DNA of 62,932 nt, counting the filler, from Octopus bimaculoides (taxonomy: Eukaryota), in NCBI RefSeq assembly GCF_001194135.2. It is 8 parts of 8 records of this genome, joined end to end, with 100 filler letters (N's around TTAATTAATTAA, not from the genome) between each part and the next. Parts side by side here need not be neighbours in the genome. Positions count along the whole stretch, not along the records: positions 48,971 to 51,181 come from NC_069006.1; positions 51,282 to 59,626 come from NC_068997.1; positions 59,727 to 62,932 come from NC_068999.1; 5 more parts are not named here. One strand, written 5' to 3'. Below the pieces are notes generated by a model. It worked only from the letters and a program-made list of their open reading frames with translations. It was not told where the DNA came from and made no database searches. The translations under genes were made by a program, and so were the position numbers. Positions 49,454 to 62,932 of the stretch are shown here, one piece after another. Numbering within the stretch: the first letter of the stretch is position 1; every line of letters starts with the position of its first letter.

Positions 49454-49535
49454 CACAGGATCTTTGCATTATCATTTTCGATGATGCCTTCGGGTTTGTC
49501 GTACCAATTATTATTATCATTATTATTATTATTAT

Positions 49536-49612
<77 letters not shown>

Positions 49613-50245
49613 TTTCTAATGTTGGCACATGGTCAGCAATTCGGAGGACAAAAGCAAGTCAATTACATCGGCCCAAGGACTGAATGATAAAAAATAATTG
49701 CGACATAATCAGTGCTGAGTTTCCATGGAAATTCAATAGAAATTCACAAAAAGTGCATTCAGTATTTCCAGTAAAACAAGAAATTAAAGAAAAAGTCTGA
49801 GAATCGTTTAAGAGAAAAACAAACAAACAAACAAAAATGACAGAACTGGTTTTGCGCTTCATTTTGTAAAACTGTATGTATGTATGTATGTATGTATGTA
49901 TGNNNNNNNNNNNNNNNNNNNNNNNNNNNNNNNNNNNNNNNNNNNNNNNNNNNNNNNNNNNNNNNNNNNNNNNNNNNNNNNNNNNNNNNNNNNNNNNNNN
50001 NNACGCACACACACACACATACATATATATACATATGTGTTTGTGTCTATGCCAGATGGTCATGCGATTATGGTGGCTATGCTAGGCTATAATAGAGCTC
50101 CTGTTCAATCGCTGTATTTGCTGGAAATAACACCCAAATCTTCCTCATCTCATTCTTCAGTGTCTTGAAAAAGGATACATCGTGTAAGATAATCTTTGAT
50201 TCCCTCTGCATTCGGTAATGAAGTTCAGGTTCAGGAGTTATGGCA

Positions 50246-50630
50246 GAATATTTGCTATAACGATATTTCTGCGTCAGCAACTCAGTGCCGAATGTATCTG
50301 AAATTTAATGGAATGTAGGAGAGTATAAAAACATTGATGCCAAGGTCACAATAGCAAAGTTTGTAGGGATTAGTAGACATTTCCTATGATTTCTAGATAG
50401 AAGCAAACAGGAAATAACACTTACTGACCAAAGACAACAAGCAAATCTGTAGTATTAAGCTGAATATTTTCTATAACAATATTTCTGCTTCAGCAGCTCA
50501 GTGCTGAATCTGAAATGTAATGGGAAATAGGTGAGTTTTTAGAATATTGATGTCCAAGTCAAAAAAGCAAAGTTTGTAGGGAGTAGTAGACATTTCCTTT
50601 GATTTCTAGATAGAATCAAATAGGAACACA
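50246..50630. repeat. Direct tandem duplication, unit about 215 bp, diverged
   Basis: GAATATTTGCTATAACGATATTTCTGCGTCAGCAACTCAGTG (50246) versus GAATATTTTCTATAACAATATTTCTGCTTCAGCAGCTCAGTG (50462); both units end GATTTCTAGATAGAA. Confidence 0.9.
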
Positions 50631-51065
50631 CACGAAAAAAGCTTAAAATGTTGTTACAAAATGCTTATCTATGAAACAGGTGACTTTCTATGGGAGATTA
50701 CTTACGGCCCTTTCTATATGCTGTGAGATCAACTCCTGCATTCATCAATTATCTTTGATATCCTTCAGATATCGATAAAATAAAGTAGCATACACAAAGC
50801 AGGACAAGCAATACTCAAACTCAGAATCTATGGGTTTCTGCCAATGTGAGAAATCAATATTATCGATAAGATTAGTATCGACCACATGATTTGAAGTTTC
50901 TATAAATAATATTTGTATCAATCATTCATGATATTAATCAATGGATTCTGTTTATCATTTATATTATCTTTTATCTTGCACTTGTTTCAGTCACTGAAGC
51001 GCAGCCATGCTAGAGCACCATCATAAAGAGTTATAATCGAACAGATTTATACATTATATGAAAAT

Positions 51066-51181
51066 CGTGGAGGCGCAATGGCCCAGTGGTTAGGGCAGCG
51101 GACTCGTGGTCATAGGATCGCCGTTTCGATTCCCAGACCGGGCGTTGTGAGTGTTTATTGAGCGAAAACACCTAAAAGCTC
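51066..51181 (+). mobile_element. SINE family C head, cut by the scaffold end
   Basis: GTGGAGGCGCAATGGCCCAGTGGTTAGGGCAGCGGACTC...GTTTCGATTCCCAGACCGGGCG. Confidence 0.9.
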
Positions 51182-51281
51182 NNNNNNNNNNNNNNNNNNN
51201 NNNNNNNNNNNNNNNNNNNNNNNNNTTAATTAATTAANNNNNNNNNNNNNNNNNNNNNNNNNNNNNNNNNNNNNNNNNNNN

Positions 51282-51333
<52 letters not shown>

Positions 51334-51591
51334 GCATGTTATTTAATATCATCAGGGAAGTAATACTATAGCGTGTATTTTAAGGTTTCTTCGGCTATGC
51401 ATATATGTGTGCATATGTGTGTGTAGATATATACATATGTACATATCCAGATATGTATCGATATACATACATATACACAGATATGTGCATGTATGAGTAC
51501 GTGAGTGTATGTGTGAATGAATGTGTGAGGGTGTGTTTGAGTGAGTGTGTGTGTGTGTGTGCCTGATGCAAAAATTATGCATATAACAAAG

Positions 51592-51622
<31 letters not shown>

Positions 51623-52659
51623 TAAAAGACTGAGAGGCAGGCTAGAATAGAGATGTGGGAGAGGGTTACTTCTTAAACATACCCCGTTTACATAGACTGA
51701 AAAGTAAGCACCCTTCTGTAGAGGTACTTTACAAGTTGTACTACAATTCCAACGGAAGTTATTACAACTGTGCTTACTGTTTTATTTATTTACTCACTAA
51801 CCTGGCTAGAATCAAATAATAGGCAATATAATCGAATGCTATATTGTCTTCAAGAAAATCACTGTTGATTGATCACGCATACAATAAATATGTTTGGCGT
51901 AGATAAAAAAAAAAAAAAACACGCACAAAAACAAAAACATTTCACTGAAATATTGATTTGTATACATTCATGGCTCTGGGGTTAAGAAATTCGCGTTGGA
52001 ACCACGTGGTTTAGGATACAATCTCAGAGCACGGCATCATGGGCATTTGTTTCCTAAAATAAAACAACGAGCAGACCATAGCCTTGTGGGTTAATTTGGT
52101 AGAAGAAAACTACGTACAGTCCCGTCTTATATGTACAATTTATATATATATATANNNNNNNNNNNNNNNNNNNNNNNNNNNNNNNNNNNNNNNNNNNNNN
52201 NNNNNNNNNNNNNNNNNNNNNNNNNNNNNNNNNNNNNNNNNNNNNNNNNNNNNNNNNNNNNNNNNNNNNNNNNNNNNNNNNNNNNNNNNNNNNNNNNNNN
52301 NNNNNNNNNNNNNNNNNNNNNNNNNNNNNNNNNNNNNNNNNNNNNNNNNNNNNNNNNNNNNNNNNNNNNNNNNNNNNNNNNNNNNNNNNNNNNNNNNNNN
52401 NNNNNNNNNNNNNNNNNNNNNNNNNNNNNNNNNNNNNNNNNNNNNNNNNNNNNNNNNNNNNNNNNNNNNNNNNNNNNNNNNNNNNNNNNNNNNNNNNNNN
52501 NNNNNNNNNNNNNATATATATATATATATATATATATACGTAGATAGATATATAGAACGTCTACTTACACATAGATATACTAGACAAGCTCATGAGATTA
52601 ACTGACTCAAGGTAACGGACGTTTGGTGCCAACATGCACCACAAAAAGTTAATGGTTAT

Positions 52660-53030
52660 GAACGAAAAAGAGCAAGCAAAACTCCTCTGGAACTTTGACT
52701 TCTAAATAGTCAAAGTGTTATGCATCGAAGGCCGGATATATTAACTTTTGGGAGGGACTAACAAGAGTGCCTGATAATTGACGTGGCCGTGCCGGGAGAT
52801 CAATGTATCATCATGAAAGAAAGAGAAAAGATTGATAAATATGGAGACCTGAGAATTGAGATCGCCAAGATGTGACAGCTACGAGACTCAAACATAATGG
52901 TTGTCCCTGCTGTCATCGAAGTATTGGGTTCAATAGTGTCCAAGCTGAAAAAACACCTGGAAACTTTAGAAATATCTTATGACCTAGGTGTATTGTAAAA
53001 ATCAGCATTACTCGGATATTACAAACCCTC
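52660..53030 (+). mobile_element. R4/Dong-like LINE fragment: restriction-like endonuclease and C-terminus
   Basis: AKLLWNFDF*...HRRPDIL..ECLIIDVAVPGDQCIIMKEREKIDKYGDLRIEIAKM*..IMVVPAVIEVLGSI..LKKHLETL..*KSALLG. Confidence 0.85.
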
Positions 53031-53300
53031 GTATAACACAATATCCTCAATCAACCACGTCACGATCTTCAATGTTGTGCAACGTCTTAGATAATGATAG
53101 TAAAAGCAATAATTCAAAAATAGTAATATTGTTTATATATGTGTACGGGTGTGTATATATGTGTTTGCGTATACAGAGAGAGAGAGAGAGAGAAAGAGAG
53201 AGAAAGTGATATAGATAGATATAGATATATAGATACACACACACATACACACTCACACACATATGCAAAATGTATACATATACAAAAATCTTTCTCTGTA

Positions 53301-53368
<68 letters not shown>

Positions 53369-54786
53369 NNNNNNNNNNNNNNNNNNNNNNNNNNNNNNNN
53401 NNNNNNNNNNNNNNNNNNNNNNNNNNNNNNNNNNNNNNNNNNNNNNNNNNNNNNNNNNNNNNNNNNNNNNNNNNNNNNNNNNNNNNNNNNNNNNNNNNNN
53501 NNNNNNNNNNNNNNNNNNNNNNNNNNNNNNNNNNNNNNNNNNNNNNNNNNNNNNNNNNNNNNNNNNNNNNNNNNNNNNNNNNNNNNNNNNNNNNNNNNNN
53601 NNNNNNNNNNNNNNNNNNNNNNNNNNNNNNNNNNNNNNNNNNNNNNNNNNNNNNNNNNNNNNNNNNNNNNNNNNNNNNNNNNNNNNNNNNNNNNNNNNNN
53701 NNNNNNNNNNNNNNNNNNNNNNNNNNNNNNNNNNNNNNNNNNNNNNNNNNNNNNNNNNNNNNNNNNNNNNNNNNNNNNNNNNNNNNNNNNNNNNNNNNNN
53801 NNNNNNNNNNNNNNNNNNNNNNNNNNNNNNNNNNNNNNNNNNNNNNNNNNNNNNNNNNNNNNNNNNNNNNNNNNNNNNNNNNNNNNNNNNNNNNNNNNNN
53901 NNNNNNNNNNNNNNNNNNNNNNNNNNNNNNNNNNNNNNNNNNNNNNNTATATATTTACATATATATATATATATGTATATATTTCTGTATGTGTTTATAT
54001 TTTTATAATTATATAAATACACACACATATTGTTCTATATTGTGAATTTTATTCGTCATTCATGTCACATTTAAAGTATTTTTCGTTATTTTATTTTTCG
54101 TTAAACACAGTGTGAAAGTATTTTGTTGTTCTTACTGGTATTATTTTTATGATTTCTGAGAGATCATGGTGAGAGGCGCTCTCTCGACTCTACCTTAATT
54201 TTAAGGATTTCTTACATTCATTCGACTACGGCCACGCTAGAGCACAACTTTCAGTAGTCTAAAACTTAAAGTTTACTTAGTACTAATTTAATTTGCAACA
54301 TGTTATATCGTTTTCTACTTAACGCATGTCTAAGTTAACCATGGAATTGAAATAAAAAAAAAAAACTGCTCACGGCATTACATCAGTGTGCGCAAGCATT
54401 TGCAGTCATCTTTACATACATTTATATGTACATTACATACATATATAGACAGATATATACACCCAAACCTATACATTCATATATACGCGCACAAATATGT
54501 AAATACATGTAAATATATGCAAATACATGTGTATCTACGTAAATCTTGTAAGAACATAATGCTGAATCTATATTCAATTTACAGTATGTATTTAATTTGT
54601 TGATATGTGACTATACATTTATATACGCACATTCACATGCATACATACATGTATATACATACCTACATTCTCTATCCAAGTATTTTCATGCTAATATTTA
54701 GAGGTTATGTTTTGTAGCTCTATCTGCTTCGAGATCAACTTTCGCAAAACAAAATTATTTCAAATTCTCTTCAAGTTAATAAATAC

Positions 54787-54858
<72 letters not shown>

Positions 54859-55011
54859 TTGTCTGTCTGTCTGTCTACTATTATTATCATTATTATTATT
54901 ATTATTATTTTATGTTTGACTTTTGTTTTGCATTTGTACAAGTTGGATCCAAGTCTCACCCAGAGACCTCAAGAGACAACAAGTTAGAAGTTCATGTAGG
55001 GGTTATGCCTA

Positions 55012-55079
<68 letters not shown>

Positions 55080-55250
55080 NNNNNNNNNNNNNNNNNNNNN
55101 NNNNNNNNNNNNNNNNNNNNNNNNNNNNNNNNNNNNNNNNNNNNNNNNNNNNNNNNNNNNNNNNNNNNGTTAGTCTATATCCACACACACGCACATATAC
55201 ACATACGTACGTACTTATACTTACACACATACACACGCACACACACACAA

Positions 55251-55327
<77 letters not shown>

Positions 55328-55729
55328 TATGTATGTGTGTATATATTAGCGTAATCTTACTGTGTCAGTTTGGGTAATAAAAGAAATATAAAACAAGAAG
55401 AAAACAACTTGGTAACATAGATTGCTTTCTACAAACTGGTTCATGGTTCCATTAAATAGGTCGAAAACTAACTCTATAGAATTAATGGTACTACATGTAC
55501 AGAATTTTATAGAATCGGTGGTGTTAAGACTGTACCAATAACATCAGTAGACGTAATCCAGCTCTTCCTGTAAATAATGTTTGTCTGTAATACACGCACG
55601 ACTTAGTGTCTGCATGGTGGCTACACATGCTTGGAATGACAGCCAAATTGCATTATTGGACAGAAATTCTAAGGCCATTACGTAGAAAGAAGTCTTCGTT
55701 GCTGTTTATCAGTAATAAAAATAATGGTT

Positions 55730-56190
55730 CGAATTTTGTCACAAGACCAGCAGTTACTGGAAGGAGGAAAATCGATTACATCGGCCCCAGAGCTCAACGG
55801 GTCTTTATTTTATCGACCCTGTAAGGATGAAAAGCAAAGTTAATCTTGGCGGAATTTGAACTCAGAGCGTAAAAGACTGACGAAATGCCGCTAAGCATTT
55901 TGCCCGGCGTGCTAACGATTCGGCCAGCACGCCCCCTTGTCAGTAATAATAATAATGATAATGATTTCAACTTCTGTCACAGGGCCAGCAATTTTGGAGA
56001 TAGGGTAGAGTAAGTCGTTTATATGGACCACAGTGCTCAACTGGTAATTATTTTATGGAACCAGAAAGGATGAACGGCAAATTCGACCTCGGTGGAATTA
56101 GAACGCAGAACCTGAAACGGATAAAATACTGTTCGCCCGGCGTGCTAACGATTCTGTCAGTTCACCGCTTTAATAATAATAATAATAATA

Positions 56191-56226
<36 letters not shown>

Positions 56227-56480
56227 TCGTTTTATTGGCCACAAGGGCTAATATCAATTAAAAACATGTAAGGACAAAGACAGGACGAAGGTTATCCTTT
56301 CTACTGTAATCAGAAGGCCTGAAATTTGTGGGGATGGGACTAGTCGATTATATCGAACCCTGTGTTTAACTAGTAGTTAATTTATCGACCCCGAGAGAGT
56401 GAAAAGCGGCATTTGATCTCAGAACGTTAAGACGGGTGAATTAACGCTCAGCGTTTTGCCCAGTGTTGCTAACAAGTGCT
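55730..56480 (-). mobile_element. Three adjacent SINE family D copies (minus strand); two more at about 59000-59390
   Basis: Reverse complements of GTTAGCACGCCGGG...TTCTGAGTTCAAATTCC...GGGTCGATAAA, separated by (AAT)n tails. Confidence 0.8.
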
Positions 56481-56730
56481 AAATATTAAACTGCATCCGT
56501 TTCGTTTTTATTGGTATCTGTACCCGAGTAAATGCAACTGAAGCGAGGACAAACATGATATGCATACATACATACATACATGCATGCATACATACATACA
56601 TACATTTACACACACGCATCCATACATCCATACATACATACATAACCATATAAGTTATATATTTGTATCTCTCTCTATATATACGTATACGGGTGTTTGT
56701 TTGTGCGTTTGAGTGTGTATGTGTGCGTTT

Positions 56731-56765
<35 letters not shown>

Positions 56766-56853
56766 AGTGTGTGTGTGTGCGTCTGTGTGTGTGTGTGCAT
56801 ATGTATACATAAACATATACACATGTATATAGATAGATAGATAGATAGATAGT

Positions 56854-56903
<50 letters not shown>

Positions 56904-56996
56904 TGCATGTGTATGTATTTCTGAATAATGCGTATACATTTAAATAAAAGCAAGCATACACATACAAGTATTTATGCGTATATTTATCGTATATTG

Positions 56997-57076
<80 letters not shown>

Positions 57077-57834
57077 NNNNNNNNNNNNNNNNNNNNNNNN
57101 NNNNNNNNNNNNNNNNNNNNNNNNNNNNNNNNNNNNNNNNNNNNNNNNNNNNNNNNNNNNNNNNNNNNNNNNNNNNNNNNNNNNNNNNNNNNNNNNNNNN
57201 NNNNNNNNNNNNNNNNNNNNNNNNNNNNNNNNNNNNNNNNNNNNNNNNNNNNNNNNNNNNNNNNNNNNNNNNNNNNNNNNNNNNNNNNNNNNNNNNNNNN
57301 NNNNNNNNNNNNNNNNNNNNNNNNNNNNNNNNNNNNNNNNNNNNNNNNNNNNNNNNNNNNNNNNNNNNNNNNNNNNNNNNNNNNNNNNNNNNNTATATAT
57401 GCATGTATGTATCTGGATATGTTTATATGTGTACATGAACACACACACACACACACACGCACACACACACACGCACACACACACACACACACACACATGA
57501 TAGGCAATACATCGTATCGTGGCTCATTCACATAGCCTCTAAACCATCTCTTTAGTTCTTCTGAGGTTTTTTTTCTTCTTCCGTTCTACTTATCTGAAAT
57601 ATCTACTTCTTTTTGCCACCACCACCTGCCAACGCGCGCATACCATTCACAACACTTAATACATTACTTACTTACTACTACTACTACTACTACTACTATT
57701 ACTACTACTGCTGCTGCTGTTGCTGCTGTTGCTGCTACAGCCTTTTTTACACCTGCTCGAATTTTGTAAATGCAGATCAGAACTCAAAAACACATTGTTA
57801 ATCATATGTATATTCATATATATAACCTCTTATA

Positions 57835-57882
<48 letters not shown>

Positions 57883-57999
57883 GATACGCACGCAGACAAA
57901 TAGAATAATATATTTATATATATGTGTACTCATACATCCAAATATTCAAACATGAATATATACAGACGCATTTTTTTTATTTATCTATCTATATGTATA

Positions 58000-58030
<31 letters not shown>

Positions 58031-58430
58031 GTGTGAATATATATATGCATATATATAAGTATATATATGTGTGTGTGTGTGTGTGTATGTATGTATATAC
58101 ATACATACACACACACACACATATATATANNNNNNNNNNNNNNNNNNNNNNNNNNNNNNNNNNNNNNNNNNNNNNNNNNNNNNNNNNNNNNNNNNNNNNN
58201 NNNNNNNNNNNNNNNNNNNNNNNNNNNNNNNNNNNNNNNNNNNNNNNATATATATAATGTATATATGTATGCATACACGCATTTATTTATGATCTTGCAC
58301 TTTTATGAGTACAGCGAACGGTGTGGGGTGAGAAGAAATCTGTAGCTGGGTGCGTGTGTGTGTGTGTGTGTGCGTGTGCTTTTCTGTGTATATTTCTGTG
58401 TGAGTGTGTGTGCGTATACAAACGTATACA

Positions 58431-58490
<60 letters not shown>

Positions 58491-59517
58491 CGTCTGTCTG
58501 TTTATCCATTTATTTCTATTTCTATCTATATATATGCGAAAACATGATATACAAGACTCACTCGAAGCGAAGATTTACAGAACTCTAAACATAAATGCAG
58601 AGTGTATTTTTGATATATTTTTAAGACTCTTAATTTCAGTACTCAGAGTAACACTTTTCCGATCAATCATGCGGTAATCCGATCCTGTTTTTCCAATGAA
58701 AAATTTGATGTTTAAATATATTTACGAAACGTTGAAAACATATAAATATTTAAAGAGTAGGTGAATGGGGGGGAAAGAACAACAAAGAGAGAGAGAGAGA
58801 GAGTGAGTGAGAACGAGAGAGAGAGAGAAAGACAAACAGACCGACTGGCAGACAGCGATTTAAAGACAGCTCCTTGTGGGTCGAAGCAAGCCGTATCAAG
58901 TAAATAAAACAGAAATCAATATAAACAACAATTATTTTCTGTACTTCCTTTACCATTCAGGCAAATACAACAATAATCTTTCCTACCAAAAGCACAAAGC
59001 CTATAATTTTGAGGAAGGACACTAGTTGATTATATCGACCCCAGTGTTTCACTGGTACTTATTTCATCGACCCCGAAAGAATGAAAGGCAAAGTCGAACT
59101 CAGCGGAATTTGAACTCAGAACGTTACAACGTATGAAATAACGTTAAGCGCTTTCCTCGGCGTGCTAACGATTCTGCCGCCTTCGATAATTTTAATAATA
59201 ATAATAATCCTTTCTACTGTAGGCACAAAGGCCTGAAATTTGGGCGTGGGGTATAGTCGATTTCACTGGTCCTTAATTTATTGACTCCGAAAGGATAAAA
59301 GGCACAGTCGACCTCAGCGGAATTTGAACTCACCGCCTAAAAATGGACGAAATGTCGCAACTCGTTTTTGTCCAATGCGCTAACGATGCTTTGTTGCTTT
59401 ATAATGAGCGAAGACTTCGTCTTTAGATTGCATTCCGATACATTCTTTTACAACAACGTCTGTTTATTTCCTTTCGTGTTGCTCTCTGTAGGGTAAACTT
59501 CGCGTCATTGTGTGTGC

Positions 59518-59562
<45 letters not shown>

Positions 59563-59726
59563 TATGTATGTGTGTTTATATCATATCTGTGCGTTTATGT
59601 ATATGTGTGCTTTACTCTTCCTTCTGNNNNNNNNNNNNNNNNNNNNNNNNNNNNNNNNNNNNNNNNNNNNTTAATTAATTAANNNNNNNNNNNNNNNNNN
59701 NNNNNNNNNNNNNNNNNNNNNNNNNN

Positions 59727-59764
<38 letters not shown>

Positions 59765-59777
59765 GTAGGTAGATAGG

Positions 59778-59833
<56 letters not shown>
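59727..59833. repeat. (AGAT)n microsatellite; similar tracts at 54786-54856, 56829-56902 and 58430-58490
   Basis: Directly visible. Confidence 0.95.
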
Positions 59834-59834
<1 letters not shown>

Positions 59835-60206
59835 GTAATTTTTTTAAACCACTGTGGATAAATGCCAGCAATGACCTTCTCAGGCTCTCCAATATTTTAA
59901 TATTTTAATTCCTAAACAGAAACAATTGGGGGCAGGGAGTGGGGTTGCAAAAAAAATCCATAATTTCTCAAATTATGGGCTGCTGAATTGAAATCTCTGT
60001 GTTGCTTTGAGGAGAAGGCAAAACTTGACAAACTGCTTCTCCCTCTGTTGTTGGACTACCGTGATGTTTGTTTAAAAAAAGAGAGATTATGACTGTGATA
60101 AAATAATGAAAGCAATATTTTACTAAGCAAGTAAGCTCTATTATACAAAGAAATAATTAAACGTAAAATATGCAAATTTTTAGAAATGGGAATCAAATGC
60201 CTTCTT

Positions 60207-60990
60207 AGAGGATTTGGTAGGCGGAAACTGAAAGCAGCCCGTCGTATATATGTTTATATATATATACATATATATATNNNNNNNNNNNNNNNNNNNNNNN
60301 NNNNNNNNNNNNNNNNNNNNNNNNNNNNNNNNNNNNNNNNNNNNNNNNNNNNNNNNNNNNNNNNNNNNNNNNNNNNNNNNNNNNNNNNNNNNNNNNNNNN
60401 NNNNNNNNNNNNNNNNNNNNNNNNNNNNNNNNNNNNNNNNNNNNNNNNNNNNNNNNNNNNNNNNNNNNNNNNNNNNNNNNNNNNNNNNNNNNNNNNNNNN
60501 NNNNNNNNNNNNNNNNNNNNNNNNNNNNNNNNNNNNNNNNNNNNNNNNNNNNNNNNNNNNNNNNNNNNNNNNACGAAACGTACGTACTGCTATAACCTAT
60601 TGAATTTTTGTTGCTTTTCTTCAAATTTTATTCACCAAATCTCTTGATTTTGTTTTTGGTTTTTACCCTACCAAATTCTGGTGCTTCAAACATTTTAAGT
60701 ACCACATTTAATCTTTTGATTAAATCTATATTATTATTAATATTATATATATATATATATGTATGTATGTGTATGTATGTTTGTGTGTCTGTGTTTGTCC
60801 CCCCAACATCGCTTGACAACCGATGCTGGTGTGTTTACGTCCCCGTAACTTAGCGGTTCGGCAAAAAAGACCGATAGAATAAATACTAGGCTTACAAAGA
60901 ATAAGTCCTGGGGTCGATTTGCTCGACTAAAGGCGGTGCTCCAGCATGGCCGCAGTCAAATGACTGAAACAAGAAAAAGAGAGTAAAAGA
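60207..60990 (+). mobile_element. SINE family A split in its internal microsatellite by an N gap and an unrelated segment (60573-60707)
   Basis: Left half ends GGAAACTGAAAGCAGCCCGTCGTATAT at about 60250. Right half starts GTGTCTGTGTTTGTCCCCCCAACATCGC at about 60785 and ends GACTGAAACAAGAAAAAGA. Confidence 0.8.
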
Positions 60991-62234
60991 AAAAGAGAAT
61001 ATATGCCTGACAAATAGCTGACTGTTTCATTCAAGAATTTTTCCTAGTTAAAAAAAATTACTCTTCATTGAACCAAACACCTAAATCTACATTCCTTTCG
61101 TTGAATATATTTGCTTTTGATTGCGATAAATCTGTTTATATCAACATTTTTTAGAAAAACATTATAGGTGTGTTTACTCATGCATAAATATGTGGTATAT
61201 ATCTGCATCTATCGTATGCATGCATGTATGTATCTACATATGTATCGCTGCATGTGTGTATGTATGTGTGTGTATATTCATATATAGAGAGATAATGAAG
61301 AAAGAGCGAGAGAACTCTAATCTTCACGATCTTATAATATACACCAAAGTATTACTCATAAAGTAATCGTTCACATTTGGAGCTACAGCAGCGCCACCAT
61401 CGGTGTTATACGTTTCTGGAATGAATGACCTTCATAATCAAAGATTTATACGCAGGTGGGAGAAGTAGAATGAAATAACTCCTATCACTTTGAGAATGGT
61501 GCGACACGCCTATGTCGTGCTGAGATGCTTAAAACGATGTAGGACTGAGACAAGATATATATAGCAGGAACCAAAATAGATCTCTGCTTAACTCTACAGT
61601 GAATTGCGACCCCTTCGGTTGACATGATATATATACAGCAAGACCCAAAACAAATCTTTGCTTAACTCTTACAGTGAATTGCGACTCCTTTTGTTGACAG
61701 GAAGTGTAATGTTTATGCCGTTAGATGAGCAAAAGTTTGGTGCGAGTTTGTAGTAGTCTCGTGAATGTCCATCGTTTATCATGAGGAGTTCAACATGATG
61801 CACGCTGTTTTACTAAACAAAATATTATTATATTATCTGCTAGCATTCCACACAGCTCTACTGCCCAATTGCAGCCAAGTCTCGGTGATATAAACCTCCA
61901 CAGCAGAGTATATTGGAATTAGTTTCTGCTAGTTATTTTTATCGGAAGTACTCTACAAATATTCATAGGAATTATGAATTAGTTGGGACTGGGGTATAAG
62001 TCTGTATCGTGAGAAATACTCACACGTACAAACATACAGACACGCACTCACAAAACAAACGCAAGCACACATGCATATACATACAACATATATTTGTTAC
62101 ATATATGCATGTGTATATATATATATATGTACCACAGATACGTGTAAATGTAAATATATGTGTGTGCGTGTATGCGCGCGTGTGTATGTACTTGGGCGCA
62201 AGCATATCTACCGGTCAAAAAGTAGGGCATTTGT

Positions 62235-62306
<72 letters not shown>

Positions 62307-62932
62307 CAATGTTTATCAGCGAGGAACCATAAATGAAATCTAGTGCCTTACAAGTCATTGGAATATTTGTTCTGCATCGAGTTACAGACACTCCCTTGTT
62401 ACCGTCAGAAATGCAGTGAACCCGTGATTGTTCTGTTGGAAATCTGTCACAACGCGACCTTATATCCCTCACAGAATACATTGTTATGATTGAGTGTGTG
62501 TGAGAAAGACAGAGAGGAAGAAATTGGGAGAGAGAGAGAGTGTATGCGTATACACACACATACATATATACATACAATATATATATATGCATAAACATGT
62601 AATACATACACTCATATATGTATATGCATATGTCTGTATATACACCACACACACACAAACACACATATAATGTTAGTTAACTAATGCAACCACTAGTCAA
62701 TATAGTATTGTGTGTATATTACTAATATATGCACAATATACACATATATGAATGTATTTGCCTTTTATACATGTGTGTGTGTATGTGTGTATAAGTATAT
62801 GTGTGTATATGTGTCGTATGTATATGAGTGTATATATATATATATATATATACATCCATATACATACGACACACGTTAAGTATATGTGTGTCGTATGTAC
62901 ATGGGTGTGTATATAATATATATATATATATA

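Noticed and set aside
62300-62480. Complex-sequence island with short open frames on both strands
   Set aside because: No recognisable domain and no convincing acceptor/donor pair; not supportable as an exon without RNA data.

Overview
Eukaryotic animal genomic DNA, AT-rich and dense in microsatellites and SINEs. The repeat families resemble those I recall from Octopus (coleoid cephalopod) assemblies; this is inference, not a database match. The window is not one natural locus. It is eight pieces joined by seven identical artificial 100-bp spacers (N44-TTAATTAATTAA-N44): 1-4096, 4197-22587, 22688-36211, 36312-41735, 41836-48870, 48971-51181, 51282-59626 and 59727-62932. Two spliced host genes are recognisable, and both are incomplete. 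The first is seven exons of the kinase domain of a p70 ribosomal S6 kinase (+ strand, 17275-21689). The second is four exons of an SLC22/organic-cation-transporter-like MFS gene (- strand, 43080-47746). The rest is a 51-bp CpG-rich satellite array (1-4096), a full-length U6 snRNA pseudogene abutting a SINE, several tRNA-derived SINE families, decayed LINE fragments (RTE, CR1, R4/Dong-like, L1/Tx1-like ORF1), a Tc1/mariner relic, several MITEs, Penelope-like ends and simple repeats. The most interesting signals are: (i) several minimal hammerhead-ribozyme-like cores, one at the apex of a ~230-nt fold-back; (ii) a satellite with 4-bp CpG periodicity and internal dyads; (iii) a U6-SINE junction; (iv) a ~370-nt near-palindrome inside an S6K intron, a candidate ADAR substrate; (v) a chain of three SINEs bracketed by four copies of one 11-bp target-like motif. 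Almost all ORFs in the supplied track are artefacts of simple repeats or N gaps. No CRISPR array, rRNA or intact tRNA was seen.
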